IMG/VR virus record: IMGVR_UViG_3300044723_007969
Length of the DNA: 64,000 nucleotides
Reading direction: 5' to 3' (one strand)
DNA from: a virus
Taxonomy: Duplodnaviria > Caudoviricetes
Shown: positions 26,883 to 37,584 of the stretch, piece after piece
Layout of the letters: every line of letters begins with the position of its first letter
Position numbering within the stretch: the stretch's first letter is position 1
Notes under the pieces: model-generated
Database searches by the model: none
What the model was told of the DNA's origin: nothing
Seen by the model: the letters and a program-made list of their open reading frames with translations, nothing else
Translations under genes and position numbers: made by a program

Positions 26883-27130
26883 TAAAGTTTAAACTCCTCG
26901 AATGTTATCTTACCACTCGAGTACTTCCAAGTACCGTCTGTGTTGTAATGGTCAGGATGTTTACCTGTCTTTTTAAATTTGTTAATAGTTTTTGTTAAAC
27001 TATACCCCTCTTCGTTTTTCATAGACATAAATTTATTCAATACAAAATTCAAAGGATCTTTCTTGTACAGTTCTATAGCAAGATATTCTATCACTTTTTC
27101 GTCCATCGATGTCTTTAGATGTTTACCCAT
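26882..27130 (-). CDS. hypothetical protein
   Basis: TAATG coupling on both sides. Confidence 0.65.
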   Translation of the reverse strand: MGKHLKTSMDEKVIEYLAIELYKKDPLNFVLNKFMSMKNEEGYSLTKTINKFKKTGKHPDHYNTDGTWKYSSGKITFEEFKL

Positions 27131-27363
27131 TAGTGCATACTCCCTTTGCCTTTTTGGGCGTAATTTATCATTTTATCACGTGAACCTGGTTGCAATACTT
27201 CCAGGACATCTAACAGTTTCTTATATCCTTCCGACGCTATCATTTTCCTATTCACGTCTGGCATGATCACTCTTCCTATGGATCCATCCTCTTTGATTAT
27301 TACGGCACAGTCGCCGTCATCAAATTGTAAGTTGTCAGACACTTCTAAATCAATCTTAGACAA
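27130..27363 (-). CDS. hypothetical protein
   Basis: SD GGAGG; coupled to neighbours. Confidence 0.65.
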   Translation of the reverse strand: MSKIDLEVSDNLQFDDGDCAVIIKEDGSIGRVIMPDVNRKMIASEGYKKLLDVLEVLQPGSRDKMINYAQKGKGSMH

Positions 27364-28039
27364 TCTTGGCCTCCTTTGCTGTGTCCTGCACCAGCATATG
27401 ATCAGCAGGATAACTTTTCAACTTGCTTGGCCAGAAACTTGGGTTTATAAATCTTTCTATCATTTGTAATTGTTCGTCGTTAAATGATTTTAACATCCTT
27501 TTGCCTGCGTTGCAACCTAGCAACAACCATGGACTTATCTTTCCCTGTTGTATGTGTGCAACTGCCCTGTTCGTATTCACGAGTCTGAAGTAGTCTGACC
27601 ATTGTGCATTTTGTTCGTTCGCCCAATCCATCATTGTTGTAATACTTCTTTGCAGTGCGGCTTCCACGGGTTCTGACTTCAGTGCTTCGATCAAGTATGT
27701 TTCGTACAAGTCATCTCTGGCCCAGTGGTCCAATTTAATTTTTGATCTCAGCACAAACTCTATGTACTTTTCAGGATACAAGGGGTTGACGTGCATGATG
27801 AATCGTCCAAACTTGACAAAAGCGTTGTAGTAAGAACTTTTCACAAAGTCTTCGTATGTCTTGGGTTTTGAATTGTGTTGATGTATCTGATAGAATCTTT
27901 GGAACACCATGAATGCATTAACCACCCACTTCTCGTCTCGTTGTAGATATCTTCTCTTTGGTTCGCACAGATGCACTTGCAGTGTACGTTCCTTGGCAAA
28001 CTCTTTGCCACAGTATGTGCATTTATACATCGATACCAT
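27356..28039 (-). CDS. hypothetical protein with N-terminal C2H2-like Zn finger
   Basis: CTYCGKEF...LQVHLC. Confidence 0.75.
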   Translation of the reverse strand: MVSMYKCTYCGKEFAKERTLQVHLCEPKRRYLQRDEKWVVNAFMVFQRFYQIHQHNSKPKTYEDFVKSSYYNAFVKFGRFIMHVNPLYPEKYIEFVLRSKIKLDHWARDDLYETYLIEALKSEPVEAALQRSITTMMDWANEQNAQWSDYFRLVNTNRAVAHIQQGKISPWLLLGCNAGKRMLKSFNDEQLQMIERFINPSFWPSKLKSYPADHMLVQDTAKEAKIV

Positions 28040-28475
28040 GGGCCTCAATCAGTTCCTCTAGTTCTCTGTCTGTTATCACTTTGTCTAGCGTTTCGAGATC
28101 TGATTCTTTCCAAGTTGGATAAATTTGTTGCAGTTTTTTCAAACTTTTGTTTGGCACCCTCTTCATGGGTTTGATCCACGGATGAAACTGTTGTTGCAAA
28201 GTTCCGCACATTGCCGTTAGTATCCAGAGTAATTTCTTGTGTTTGCCTAGAGTAAAGCAGTGCTTGTTCACACACTCGTTGACCATCTCCACGTAGTGTT
28301 CAACAAAGAATGGGTCTTTGGACGAACAACTAGACACATACCTCATCAACATATATGGTGAGTATAATGATTTCTCTTTGTCGTCTATACGATCAAAGTA
28401 ATCCTTGTTCCTGAAGTCCACGGCTTTTAATCCGTTCCTTAAATCAAAAAATTTCCTATTTTTTTCTGCCGGCAT
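28023..28475 (-). CDS. clamp-loader small subunit (gp62-like)
   Basis: YSPYMLMRY...EMVNE...HPWIK pattern; replication context. Confidence 0.6.
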   Translation of the reverse strand: MPAEKNRKFFDLRNGLKAVDFRNKDYFDRIDDKEKSLYSPYMLMRYVSSCSSKDPFFVEHYVEMVNECVNKHCFTLGKHKKLLWILTAMCGTLQQQFHPWIKPMKRVPNKSLKKLQQIYPTWKESDLETLDKVITDRELEELIEAHGIDV

Positions 28476-28698
28476 ATTTTAATCCAAAAATTGTACAGTC
28501 TTGTGCTGTGACAAAAGTTAATTTTATTTTACTCTGCATATGTTGTAAACCTGAAAGTTTGTTGTTTAACTTGTTCTTGGAGAGCCAATCAAAGAAATCC
28601 CTGCACCATTCTCCTTGATCCATCCACACGGCTATCTTATCGTTTGTAACCATGATGGGTGCTTCTATCTTTATTGTTCTCCTACCAGACTGAGCCAT
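28456..28698 (-). CDS. hypothetical protein
   Basis: Overlapping operon member. Confidence 0.6.
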   Translation of the reverse strand: MAQSGRRTIKIEAPIMVTNDKIAVWMDQGEWCRDFFDWLSKNKLNNKLSGLQHMQSKIKLTFVTAQDCTIFGLKYAGRKK

Positions 28699-29185
28699 AA
28701 TCTATCTGTTCGCATTGCCTTGAAATATCCTTAACAAAATAAGCACACATGGGTTTAGGACCGTTTCTCAACGGAACCGCCAGCATCTGTCCTGACTTTA
28801 TTTTTGGAAAGTACCATTTGACCTCTGTGTATATGTCCACAACATCTATGGGCATGAAGTCTGGTTTAGCACTGGATAATGGATTGAAAGTGAAAGCATC
28901 AAACCCCCTGTCGTTCAAACTTGTTATTGGTAGCACATGCATCTCTTGTTGCCCGGCCTCTCCGATCAGCATCTTCCAGTCCAAAGGCATTTTAATTTTA
29001 TACTTTCCAATTTCTAACACCGCCGCCGGCGCATTGAAACTTTCAAGAAATATTAATGGTATGTAGAAGAAGTCCGGTTCGTTTGGATCCGAATTGTCAA
29101 GCACAGCGAATCTCAAATCCTCGTCCACCCATTCGGGTATTTTTTCTAGTGTGTAAGTTCTATTGTCTAATGTAAGGATTTTCAT
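28682..29185 (-). CDS. hypothetical protein (possible degenerate Hint fold)
   Basis: ORF coupled to uvsW. Confidence 0.75.
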   Translation of the reverse strand: MKILTLDNRTYTLEKIPEWVDEDLRFAVLDNSDPNEPDFFYIPLIFLESFNAPAAVLEIGKYKIKMPLDWKMLIGEAGQQEMHVLPITSLNDRGFDAFTFNPLSSAKPDFMPIDVVDIYTEVKWYFPKIKSGQMLAVPLRNGPKPMCAYFVKDISRQCEQIDYGSVW

Positions 29186-30629
29186 AATCTATCTTCTCTA
29201 TATTATACGGGTAATTGGCCTCTTTGTAAAACTTTTTCCTTGCACCTAGGTGTCTTTTTGCAAATTTACATGAACTGGTAATATCCCAAATCTGCACGTT
29301 CTCTTTGTCTTCTGCTTTACGAATACCTCGTCCTATGCTCTGTATTACCCTTACGAAAGATTTCCCAGGTTCAATAAGAACAAGATTGAATATCCGAGGA
29401 ATATTAATTCCAACGGATGCGACGCCATATGTCGCAATAATGATTTTGTTTTGTGTTGTAGACACTTCATCGTAGTGTTCTTTCCTTTCTAAGTTTTTTG
29501 TCGACCCCGATATAAACACAGAGTCCTTTAACTTCTTATTGAGTATTTCACCCGCGGATATTCTGTCTACTAAAATTAACGTGTTTCCCGAAGTTGAAAT
29601 ATCTTTTATTGTGTTAGCCACCCAGGTCATCCTGGTACTATCCGTAGTTAGCCATTTCAGTTCTTCTGCATAGGTTTTGAACTGTGGGTGATCCTGTGTC
29701 TGTAAAACATTCACGTGACAGTTTGCAAGTACACCTTTGTCTTGCAATTCACTTGCCTGTATCCTGTTTGCAACTTCTCCTATGCTACATTTTAGGCCCA
29801 TGAATTCAAAGTCTGCTTTAGGAACAGTGCCTGTGAGACCCCAACGTATGCCACAGTGTGCAAATGGTCCTGTTAATAATCTTTTCAGTACATCTGCTTT
29901 TGCCATGTGTACTTCGTCTATGATGATTGTATTGATGCCTTTTATTGCTTCGAGGAAATCAGTGGTATGTTCGTCCTTGCTTTTCTTTTCTAACACGTTC
30001 AATGACTGCCATGTTGCTATTGTGTTGAACCTTCCTAGTTCTTTACGATCTCCGTAGTATACACCTGTGTCCAAGTTACAAGCAAGGAAATCTTCTTCAG
30101 TCTGTGTTACTAGACTCTTGTTTGGCACTATCGTCAGTGTACGTCCGTAAGGTTCGACCAATTGGCATAACGCCGCTGTAATTATAGTCTTACCTGCACC
30201 AGTGGCGATCTCTTGTATGCATTGTGGATTCTCTATGAATTTGTTTATTGTCTCTACTTGATAGTCCCTTAACTCTATAGGCTGTCCGGCACACGGGTGT
30301 GCCTCCGGCCAAGTTATGTTTGAAAGATAATTTTTATCAACTGCTTTAAATTCGAAATTATGTTGAGTTCTTTGATCCTCGAAGTCAACATACACCCCGC
30401 CCTCTTCTAGTATCGGCAGTATTTGATCCACCAGGTTCAGATATGTTGTACCACCTAGTCCAAAGAACGACACCTTGCCGTCCCACCTGCCTAGTTTCAC
30501 TGCTGGCAAATGTCTAGCATATGGTATCTCGTATTTGAATTTGTTAGATAATCTCTTACGCCATTCGAGAGATAGGTTCTCGAACTTCACATTTACTTCG
30601 TCTTTTATTACTAATTTACAACTGCTCAT
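29160..30629 (-). CDS. uvsW: SF2 DNA helicase UvsW
   Basis: LRDYQ, ATGAGKT, DEVH, LTGT, QSIGRGIR. Confidence 0.92.
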   Translation of the reverse strand: MSSCKLVIKDEVNVKFENLSLEWRKRLSNKFKYEIPYARHLPAVKLGRWDGKVSFFGLGGTTYLNLVDQILPILEEGGVYVDFEDQRTQHNFEFKAVDKNYLSNITWPEAHPCAGQPIELRDYQVETINKFIENPQCIQEIATGAGKTIITAALCQLVEPYGRTLTIVPNKSLVTQTEEDFLACNLDTGVYYGDRKELGRFNTIATWQSLNVLEKKSKDEHTTDFLEAIKGINTIIIDEVHMAKADVLKRLLTGPFAHCGIRWGLTGTVPKADFEFMGLKCSIGEVANRIQASELQDKGVLANCHVNVLQTQDHPQFKTYAEELKWLTTDSTRMTWVANTIKDISTSGNTLILVDRISAGEILNKKLKDSVFISGSTKNLERKEHYDEVSTTQNKIIIATYGVASVGINIPRIFNLVLIEPGKSFVRVIQSIGRGIRKAEDKENVQIWDITSSCKFAKRHLGARKKFYKEANYPYNIEKIDYENPYIRQ

Positions 30630-30630
30630 T

Positions 30631-31989
30631 CTAAAGTTTTACTATAATACGATCTTGCCAATCCCAACTGCTTGGCTGATAGTCACTATAATACAACTTT
30701 TTTGGAAGATTTTCAAGAAGTCTTTTGAGATTGTCTGTTCCTCCTGCGTAATGTCCTCCACCTATTGCCACCAATGATGCTTTTGGTTTTACCTTGCTTT
30801 TGATCAACGCTCTTGGTATTCTATTACGTACGAAAATTACTTTTGTGTTATCAGTTATCAATTTAAACTGTTTGCTCATCTGATGTAACTCATACAGATT
30901 CTCAAAGAACTCCTGCGGTTTTTGATTGTCCACCAACCAATGTTTTTCATCTGTAAATTTATCTATATCTTTTTTGTATATCGGCTCTTTGACATCGAAC
31001 CCCCAAGAACAATCGTTCAGTATATCTATGCCGTGCGATTTAAAAACATTCAACCATTCCCAACAATTCCTTACATCTTCTTCCATGTGTATGTCTCCAC
31101 TTACAGGCATGATCAAAGGAAAACAGTCTAACTCTAAAAGACCTTTGACCACTTCGTGCTTTGCAAAAGTTTTTGAGTCTACCCATAATATATGATTGTT
31201 GTTGTGTGCTATCTTTTTTGCCACAATGGTCTGCGCCGGAACATCTAGTCCGTTTGCTTTTATATCGAAGTTCTTTAAAGAATCCAATTGATGCAACGTT
31301 GGTTTACTTTTCAAATTATCATTCCAGTAGTCTTGCAACGACTCTGCCGCATTATCTAATACAATCTCTCCACCAATCAGTCTTGCTGTTGGCTTCCTAT
31401 GTCCCATTATCTCTTTCTTAATTTGTTCGTAGTCGTTTAGTAGACTATCGTCACCGAATTTAAAATCATATCTTACTGCTATCAATGTCAAGTAGTAAGC
31501 AGTAACGTCGGTGTGTAAGAAAGTCCATTTTTTAGATTCGCCATCATACAGTGCATACATTCCGGGTAGGCCACGTTTGTCCTTCACACATCTAATCAAT
31601 TGTATTACTTTCTTGTTGTATGGGAATCGCATCTCTATTTTTGTGACATTGTCCTCGTCGATATACTTTTCAATGCTTTTATCAAAACTGATAACCCGGA
31701 AATCGTCATCGTACTTGGGGTTGTCCAGCAAGTCTTTGATGTCCATTCCGTGTGCCTGGAATTTGGTAAGGTATCTCTTCAGTAAAACTAGAGCCAACTT
31801 GGCCTGCTTTTCAGTCCAAGCATACTGAGATTCTGCCAGTGATTTCACTGTTGATAGGTCCTTTGGGTGTGGCTTGATTACGGTTGTATTTCCTACCATT
31901 GAGGGATTTGCCCAAAAATAATCATTATATGCTAGTATTTTGAGTGCTTCGTTAATTGTTTTTGGTAAATCTGTGTGCATATTGTCCAT
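30631..31989 (-). CDS. hypothetical protein
   Basis: 452-aa ORF upstream of uvsW. Confidence 0.8.
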   Translation of the reverse strand: MDNMHTDLPKTINEALKILAYNDYFWANPSMVGNTTVIKPHPKDLSTVKSLAESQYAWTEKQAKLALVLLKRYLTKFQAHGMDIKDLLDNPKYDDDFRVISFDKSIEKYIDEDNVTKIEMRFPYNKKVIQLIRCVKDKRGLPGMYALYDGESKKWTFLHTDVTAYYLTLIAVRYDFKFGDDSLLNDYEQIKKEIMGHRKPTARLIGGEIVLDNAAESLQDYWNDNLKSKPTLHQLDSLKNFDIKANGLDVPAQTIVAKKIAHNNNHILWVDSKTFAKHEVVKGLLELDCFPLIMPVSGDIHMEEDVRNCWEWLNVFKSHGIDILNDCSWGFDVKEPIYKKDIDKFTDEKHWLVDNQKPQEFFENLYELHQMSKQFKLITDNTKVIFVRNRIPRALIKSKVKPKASLVAIGGGHYAGGTDNLKRLLENLPKKLYYSDYQPSSWDWQDRIIVKL

Positions 31990-32043
31990 GGGTTTTTAGA
32001 TAATTACTAGTATATTATAGCATAATTGGTAAAGCAGTCAACC

Positions 32044-32523
32044 ATGAAAAAGAAGAAAATAAACAAAAGTGTAAATGTCAAGAAACAACTGAAGATCAAG
32101 TTGGAAAATACTCTGACTAGACACAGGAACGCAGTCGGCTTTAGACCCACAGAGGCTCAAGCATACAATTGGTTTAGGTATCTAAACAAGACACTATTCA
32201 ACAGTAGATTACCAATGGTTCCGTTATATATTAGGAATTTGCATAAAGATTGGGGTAGATGTGTGGCCAATTGGGACAATAGAAAAACACCTAAAGGAAA
32301 ATTTGATCAGAGAATTATACCTTACCATATCGAAGTTGAGTACTACATCGAACTACATCAAAAATTTCCTAAATGGAAAGATTTTATAGAAACGTTAGCA
32401 CACGAAATGGTGCATCTATATCAAATGACATGGATCAAAGATCCTTATTCAAATCACAATGCAAACTTTTTTGCTTGGAGAGAAAAATTTAAAGCGTGTG
32501 GGCTAGGCCTGACTAGGTGTTAG
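32044..32523 (+). CDS. SprT-like Zn metalloprotease
   Basis: TLAHEMVHLYQ...HNANF. Confidence 0.85.
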   Translation: MKKKKINKSVNVKKQLKIKLENTLTRHRNAVGFRPTEAQAYNWFRYLNKTLFNSRLPMVPLYIRNLHKDWGRCVANWDNRKTPKGKFDQRIIPYHIEVEYYIELHQKFPKWKDFIETLAHEMVHLYQMTWIKDPYSNHNANFFAWREKFKACGLGLTRC

Positions 32524-33258
32524 TTCTTTTTCAAACTCCGCATAAGTTATAACTCTACTGTTACCTAGGTCCGTTCCTGTCTGTAAGTAATTCATATAAT
32601 CAGGAGGATTGTCATGTACCACAGTGTAGTTGACGTAAGGTCTCATCTTCAACATGTCTCTGAATTGTTTTAGCCACCCTTCGAAAATTTTATCGTCGTG
32701 TCGTTTGCCATAACATTCTGTGTCTTGATAAATGTTATTCAGTCGGTCCTTGCCGTACTCTCTGAAGTCGTAGCCCAACAAATAGATGTTCTTGTGCCCA
32801 TGCACACCAGCCGTCCAGAATGCCGCATTACCTGATATCCAGTGCGGGTTATTAGGAATGAGATGTAGCATACCTTTGTTCTGTTTCCTATTGACTTCTA
32901 GAGATGGCGCATAGTGTATTGTTTTCAGGCCCACTTCGTCCTCACACATTTTCACTGACATCTTGGTGTCTACGGAGAAAATGAAGTCAGGCATAAAGTC
33001 TCTGTACAACGCATTACATCCATATGTCTGCCCTGTTGCCTTTAGTTTGTTTAGGTCGAATCCTTTACGTGAAGGACCGTTGCCTATACAGTATGCATTG
33101 CCTCTAGGTACTGCTTTGACCTTGTCTTCGAAGAATCCTGTTTCCTGTATACGTTCTCCTTTGCGTATTATTGTGTTTAAGATAATAGTTTCACCTGCGT
33201 ATGGTGTCCATTCTATGGGTGCGATTTCAGGTTTTCTAGGTAATGTTATAGTTTTCAT
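32503..33258 (-). CDS. MAF_flag10/GT-like (sialyl/pseudaminyl-transferase-type) protein
   Basis: IGNGPS, YGCNALY, SVD, IYLLGYD. Confidence 0.7.
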   Translation of the reverse strand: MKTITLPRKPEIAPIEWTPYAGETIILNTIIRKGERIQETGFFEDKVKAVPRGNAYCIGNGPSRKGFDLNKLKATGQTYGCNALYRDFMPDFIFSVDTKMSVKMCEDEVGLKTIHYAPSLEVNRKQNKGMLHLIPNNPHWISGNAAFWTAGVHGHKNIYLLGYDFREYGKDRLNNIYQDTECYGKRHDDKIFEGWLKQFRDMLKMRPYVNYTVVHDNPPDYMNYLQTGTDLGNSRVITYAEFEKELTPSQA

Positions 33259-34127
33259 TTAAGATATTTCTCTTCTAATCTTTTCCTAATTCTAGCCCAT
33301 GGCAGGCCCGCTTCTATCTCGTCTTTGAACCACTCTGTATAACTCAACCAGTTTGCCCAGTTCAATCTGCTAGGCATGGCTGGTGTGTTTATGTCTGCCA
33401 GTTCGATATTGCCCACGTCATGGCACAGACTCGATTCGGAAACAAAAACAGGTATGCCTCTGATGACGGCCTCCATCGCAGGGTTAGAACTGTGATTAAC
33501 AACGGCCCATGTACGTTCTAAAGTTATCTTGAAGTCAGTGTCGTCGTATGTCCTGAAATCTCTTTTAGGCAGTCGAACTTTTACATTTTCAAAATCATTT
33601 TCTTTGAACTGTATTGTGTTCCTCGGATGCGGTCTCACCAATATTGGCCTTGTGGTGTACTTTCTGATTTCCTCTATTTGTTGGATTATCCATTTTTCCA
33701 TTCTAGGAAGTCCCTTCCATTGTTCTGACGCATCGTGTTGTCCACATATGACAATCATGTCTCCTGTTGGATTCCAATGTTTTAGTGTGTGTTTGAAAAG
33801 TGGCCAACGTTTATCGTCGAACTGTTGGTTGGCAAAGTCTGCATCTCTGTTGATTCCGTTTATCCCTATTTTAAAACTTTCGTTCCTTCTAAGTCCTCCC
33901 ACTTCTAATACTATCACCGGCTTACCTCTACTCCTGTAGTCGTTCCATATTCTCTTGTATTGTTCCATTCTGCCACGCCAAAGCACACTCCATATCACTG
34001 CCACGTCGGCATTGGCCGATTTATTTAGATATACAGTATCGCCTGCATCCTTGAGACTTTTTACAAAAGCGTCAAATATAGGCTTTGAATTTTGTGGTCC
34101 ATGGTCTGTCCATACTTCTAATCTCAT
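33255..34127 (-). CDS. capsule-polysaccharide-synthesis (KpsS/KpsC-like) GT-B glycosyltransferase
   Basis: GQHDAS, ILVRPHP, NHSSNPAMEAVIRGIPVF. Confidence 0.72.
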   Translation of the reverse strand: MRLEVWTDHGPQNSKPIFDAFVKSLKDAGDTVYLNKSANADVAVIWSVLWRGRMEQYKRIWNDYRSRGKPVIVLEVGGLRRNESFKIGINGINRDADFANQQFDDKRWPLFKHTLKHWNPTGDMIVICGQHDASEQWKGLPRMEKWIIQQIEEIRKYTTRPILVRPHPRNTIQFKENDFENVKVRLPKRDFRTYDDTDFKITLERTWAVVNHSSNPAMEAVIRGIPVFVSESSLCHDVGNIELADINTPAMPSRLNWANWLSYTEWFKDEIEAGLPWARIRKRLEEKYLK

Positions 34128-35047
34128 CAGTTTCCTTGTTTTCCTTTGGCCACTTTACTTACTATGTCATCTGCCTGTTTAGGATCAAATTTTATACCAC
34201 CAAAGGGATCATAGGCTTCTACATTTTGCCAGTAAGACTCGTTCCTGTCGCCACGTAAATCGCTTTTACTACTTTTACCTTTGACTTTTCTTTTACCCTT
34301 CATGTGATCGATATACGCACCTAACACACTGTTAATGAACACGTGATGCCCTTTGGCGCCTGCACCTTTTCCTATATCTTCCCCTTCGTCAGGAGCAATA
34401 CGTTTTACACATTGCCAGAACAGATAACTGTCGTGCCATTCTAGTTCTTGAAATATTGTATCGTTGATATACATCTCTGTCCAGTATTTCATAAATTGAT
34501 CTACCTTAGGATGTTTTGTGTTGTAGCATACCCATCCGCACTCCGGGTACTTTTCTCCACGTCCTAAAAAGTTAACTAGTTTTGTTTCAGGCAAAAGTCC
34601 TATAACAAAATCTTTTGTGATTGGCCTAAACGTATATGTGTCAGCATCTAGCCACAACACATAATCTGTGTCTGCATTCTTGATTGCATGATCAACAGCA
34701 AAAGTTTTATGAGCAAATCTAATAGCGTCCCAAAGATACGAGCCTTTTCCACGATCATTTTTTCCAGCGTTGGGATCTCTTCTCACACCCCCTGCTATCT
34801 CTGTGATCTCGCCGTTGGCAACAGGATCGTCCTTGTGTCTTTGTTTGAATTTTACTAGTTCAGGATTTACTTCCTCTATATTAATGTATTTTATTTTTTC
34901 GTGATTGAAGTTTGGTTTATCACCTTCGTGATATGCATGGATCATTACGTCTCCCGGCCAAAAATCAATATGACTTTGTAACATTCTTTTAGCATACGCA
35001 TTCCATCTATTAGGAGGGAACGTAGTAATGACTGTTAATGTTTTCAT
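34127..35047 (-). CDS. GT-A glycosyltransferase
   Basis: VLWLDAD (DxD), ECG, EWHD, DHMKG. Confidence 0.75.
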   Translation of the reverse strand: MKTLTVITTFPPNRWNAYAKRMLQSHIDFWPGDVMIHAYHEGDKPNFNHEKIKYINIEEVNPELVKFKQRHKDDPVANGEITEIAGGVRRDPNAGKNDRGKGSYLWDAIRFAHKTFAVDHAIKNADTDYVLWLDADTYTFRPITKDFVIGLLPETKLVNFLGRGEKYPECGWVCYNTKHPKVDQFMKYWTEMYINDTIFQELEWHDSYLFWQCVKRIAPDEGEDIGKGAGAKGHHVFINSVLGAYIDHMKGKRKVKGKSSKSDLRGDRNESYWQNVEAYDPFGGIKFDPKQADDIVSKVAKGKQGN

Positions 35048-36030
35048 TAAAGACCCAGCCTTTGTTTGAATCTTTTATATACTGTACCGTCTTTGATTTC
35101 TTTGATACTCCACATCTTGTAACCAAGATCGTTGGTCCATTGTGTCCTATCGGGATACTCAGGGGTTTCTATATTATTTAGATTTGTATTCGCTACAGGC
35201 CAACAGAGTGCAAGATCTGAGGTAACAAAGGTAGGGATTCCACGAATGCAGGAATCGACACTGGCAGTAGAATTGTGAGTAACAAAAGCATGGCAATTAT
35301 TTAAAGCCTCCTGGAAATGAAATCTATAGTGCTTTTTCTGATCTCCTGCAAAATGTTTCTGTGTGAACTGTATTTCCACGTCGTCAGGCAGTTCGCCACT
35401 ACGTCCATCAATATTTGCCACATTGTTTGGATGTGGTCTCACGATAAATTTTCTATCTGTTATAGGTCTCAGTTTTTCATACACTTTATTGAACCATTCA
35501 ATAGGATCCATTTCGTTCATACTCCAGTTGTCCTTTGGTTGTAGTCCAAATAAAATAGGATCATCCTGATTTGATTTTCTCCATGGCTCGTACCGCACTT
35601 TAAATTTCTTTACCATCATTTCCCAACGATCACTAGGACTGTTATCTGATAAGAAGTCGCCGTCGTTCATAGGAGTGTACAATGACACCCTGAAGTGGTG
35701 ATCGGGAGATGTTGATACGTTTCCAAAACTTGACAGCAGTCCGCCATCAAATGTTATCAACGGAATTTTTTTTGCTCTGCAGTTGTTTGCAAGTTCTCTC
35801 CGTCTTCCTTTTGTGTGGTGCATCTGTTTGTCTCCACCGTAGCCAAACATGGCCGCCATTGGGGCAGTTGGTGTCATTTCGCCTTCCACAGTTGGCCCAG
35901 TCCTATGTTCATTCACTATGACTGCTTCGTCACCCGAGGCCTCTATGCCTTCTTTCAAGTGATACAAGAGATCATAACTATTTCCTCGTTTACGATCTTT
36001 TACCGTCCTTCTAAATATTTCAACCTTCAT
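35047..36030 (-). CDS. KpsS/KpsC-like GT-B glycosyltransferase
   Basis: LQPKDN, FIVRPHP, THNSTASVDSCIRGIPTF. Confidence 0.72.
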   Translation of the reverse strand: MKVEIFRRTVKDRKRGNSYDLLYHLKEGIEASGDEAVIVNEHRTGPTVEGEMTPTAPMAAMFGYGGDKQMHHTKGRRRELANNCRAKKIPLITFDGGLLSSFGNVSTSPDHHFRVSLYTPMNDGDFLSDNSPSDRWEMMVKKFKVRYEPWRKSNQDDPILFGLQPKDNWSMNEMDPIEWFNKVYEKLRPITDRKFIVRPHPNNVANIDGRSGELPDDVEIQFTQKHFAGDQKKHYRFHFQEALNNCHAFVTHNSTASVDSCIRGIPTFVTSDLALCWPVANTNLNNIETPEYPDRTQWTNDLGYKMWSIKEIKDGTVYKRFKQRLGL

Positions 36031-36829
36031 TGAGCATTCTCCAGGCAGTTCCATCTGCCATTTCTTTTAGTGTCCAAATATTATATGCTAGACTGCTGAA
36101 TAATGCAATCCTATCGCCGTATTTAGGTGTTTCTATCTTGCTGAAATCCGTCTCAGATATAGGAGCGGCCGCACTGTTGTTGGGATCACAGAACACAGGA
36201 ACACCATTTGTCAGACTGGCAACCATGGTATTGGAATTGTACGTGACCGTTGCATGGTAATCGTTCCAGTTTATTTTGCCTTTGTGTATTGTTTTAGTTT
36301 CAATCTTAACTGTTGCACCGACATGATCTTTACCAACAATTGGATTGTAAGGTTTCTCTCTGATGTCAATTTCTCTATCTGTGTTTTCTTTTAATACTTT
36401 AATAGTTTTGTCTAACCATTCTGTTGCATTGAAAAAATTTGCTATTGCATTTGTTGGAGGCAATACTAGAATCTTTTTCCCTTTATTCCATGGCTTGATA
36501 TCTTCCTTAAAATTTTTCTCATAACGGTCTATAGGCCTTTGTTGTAATATGTTTTGACAGTGCTTGTTTTTTGTTATTCTTAGCCAGTGTGGTGTCACAT
36601 GAGCATTTGTAAAATAGCCGTGATCCATGAAATAGAAATCTCTGTGTTCCTTCTCACACCATTTGTACACCTCCCCTGACCCTGCAAGTATTCCATACAT
36701 GGTTAACTCTTCTTTAGGTAGTTGTTTTAATTGACGGAAATGATATATACTTCCTTGACCAGATCCTCTAACAAAGGCATCTATGTATCGTTGTGTCCTC
36801 GGTTTGGTTGTGTGTATGCCTGACAGCAT
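36020..36829 (-). CDS. KpsS/KpsC-like GT-B glycosyltransferase
   Basis: MDHGYF, IDIREKP, TYNSNTMVASLTNGVPVF, SLAY. Confidence 0.7.
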   Translation of the reverse strand: MLSGIHTTKPRTQRYIDAFVRGSGQGSIYHFRQLKQLPKEELTMYGILAGSGEVYKWCEKEHRDFYFMDHGYFTNAHVTPHWLRITKNKHCQNILQQRPIDRYEKNFKEDIKPWNKGKKILVLPPTNAIANFFNATEWLDKTIKVLKENTDREIDIREKPYNPIVGKDHVGATVKIETKTIHKGKINWNDYHATVTYNSNTMVASLTNGVPVFCDPNNSAAAPISETDFSKIETPKYGDRIALFSSLAYNIWTLKEMADGTAWRMLNEG

Positions 36830-37584
36830 TATCTTCTATTTTCCTTTACTTCAAACATTTTACGTTTGGCGGCTCTATTGAACTCAGCAATGATATTAAC
36901 ACTTCTTCTATGTAGTATGGCATCTTGTCTAGCAGATACACTGTGTACACATTTTGTCGAGTTGTTACAAAAGGCAACCAGTGTGTTGGATTTGTATGGT
37001 ACAGTCTTAACTATCTCACCGGCTTTATCGCCCACCGCCCTTCCGCCATTTTTATTAACTTCATGTATGTTTGTATCTGTTTTGTGTATTTGGAACTCAC
37101 CCCCTGTGCTTTGGTCATCTTTGTAAGGCATGTAAAGTAAGGCCGCATAAATTTCTCTAGGGTTGTCTATGTGTGGTGTTCTCGAACTAAAGTCAATAGG
37201 TTTGTGCATGACAGTCTGACAGTCAGTGCCGACCCAATCGTCACCTTTGTCCCACCCCCTCGGACTTAAAGTATTCTCTAAATTCTCTATGTGAGGTACA
37301 AGATTACTAAATGCTTCTTCCATTTCTTTATAGAAAGACGCAGAAGTATGGTATTCAGTAAATTCTTTCCATACATTGGAAACCTTTCCTGGCTTCAACA
37401 TCTCGTCTGCTTTTAGTCTGTGACAAATACCTGAGTCAAACGGTTCAGTTTCTAACAGTTGCTCCTTTGGCCATTCTTTTTCGAGACTATCATAGATGTC
37501 CTGTGGAAGTGCATTCTCGATTACAAAATGCGGATATGGTTCTAAGACCAATGTTGGTTTTTTCTGCAGGACTGAAATTCTCAT
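36829..37584 (-). CDS. 2OG-Fe(II) oxygenase
   Basis: PYPHFVIEN, HID, GGEF, HSV, RRS. Confidence 0.82.
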   Translation of the reverse strand: MRISVLQKKPTLVLEPYPHFVIENALPQDIYDSLEKEWPKEQLLETEPFDSGICHRLKADEMLKPGKVSNVWKEFTEYHTSASFYKEMEEAFSNLVPHIENLENTLSPRGWDKGDDWVGTDCQTVMHKPIDFSSRTPHIDNPREIYAALLYMPYKDDQSTGGEFQIHKTDTNIHEVNKNGGRAVGDKAGEIVKTVPYKSNTLVAFCNNSTKCVHSVSARQDAILHRRSVNIIAEFNRAAKRKMFEVKENRR

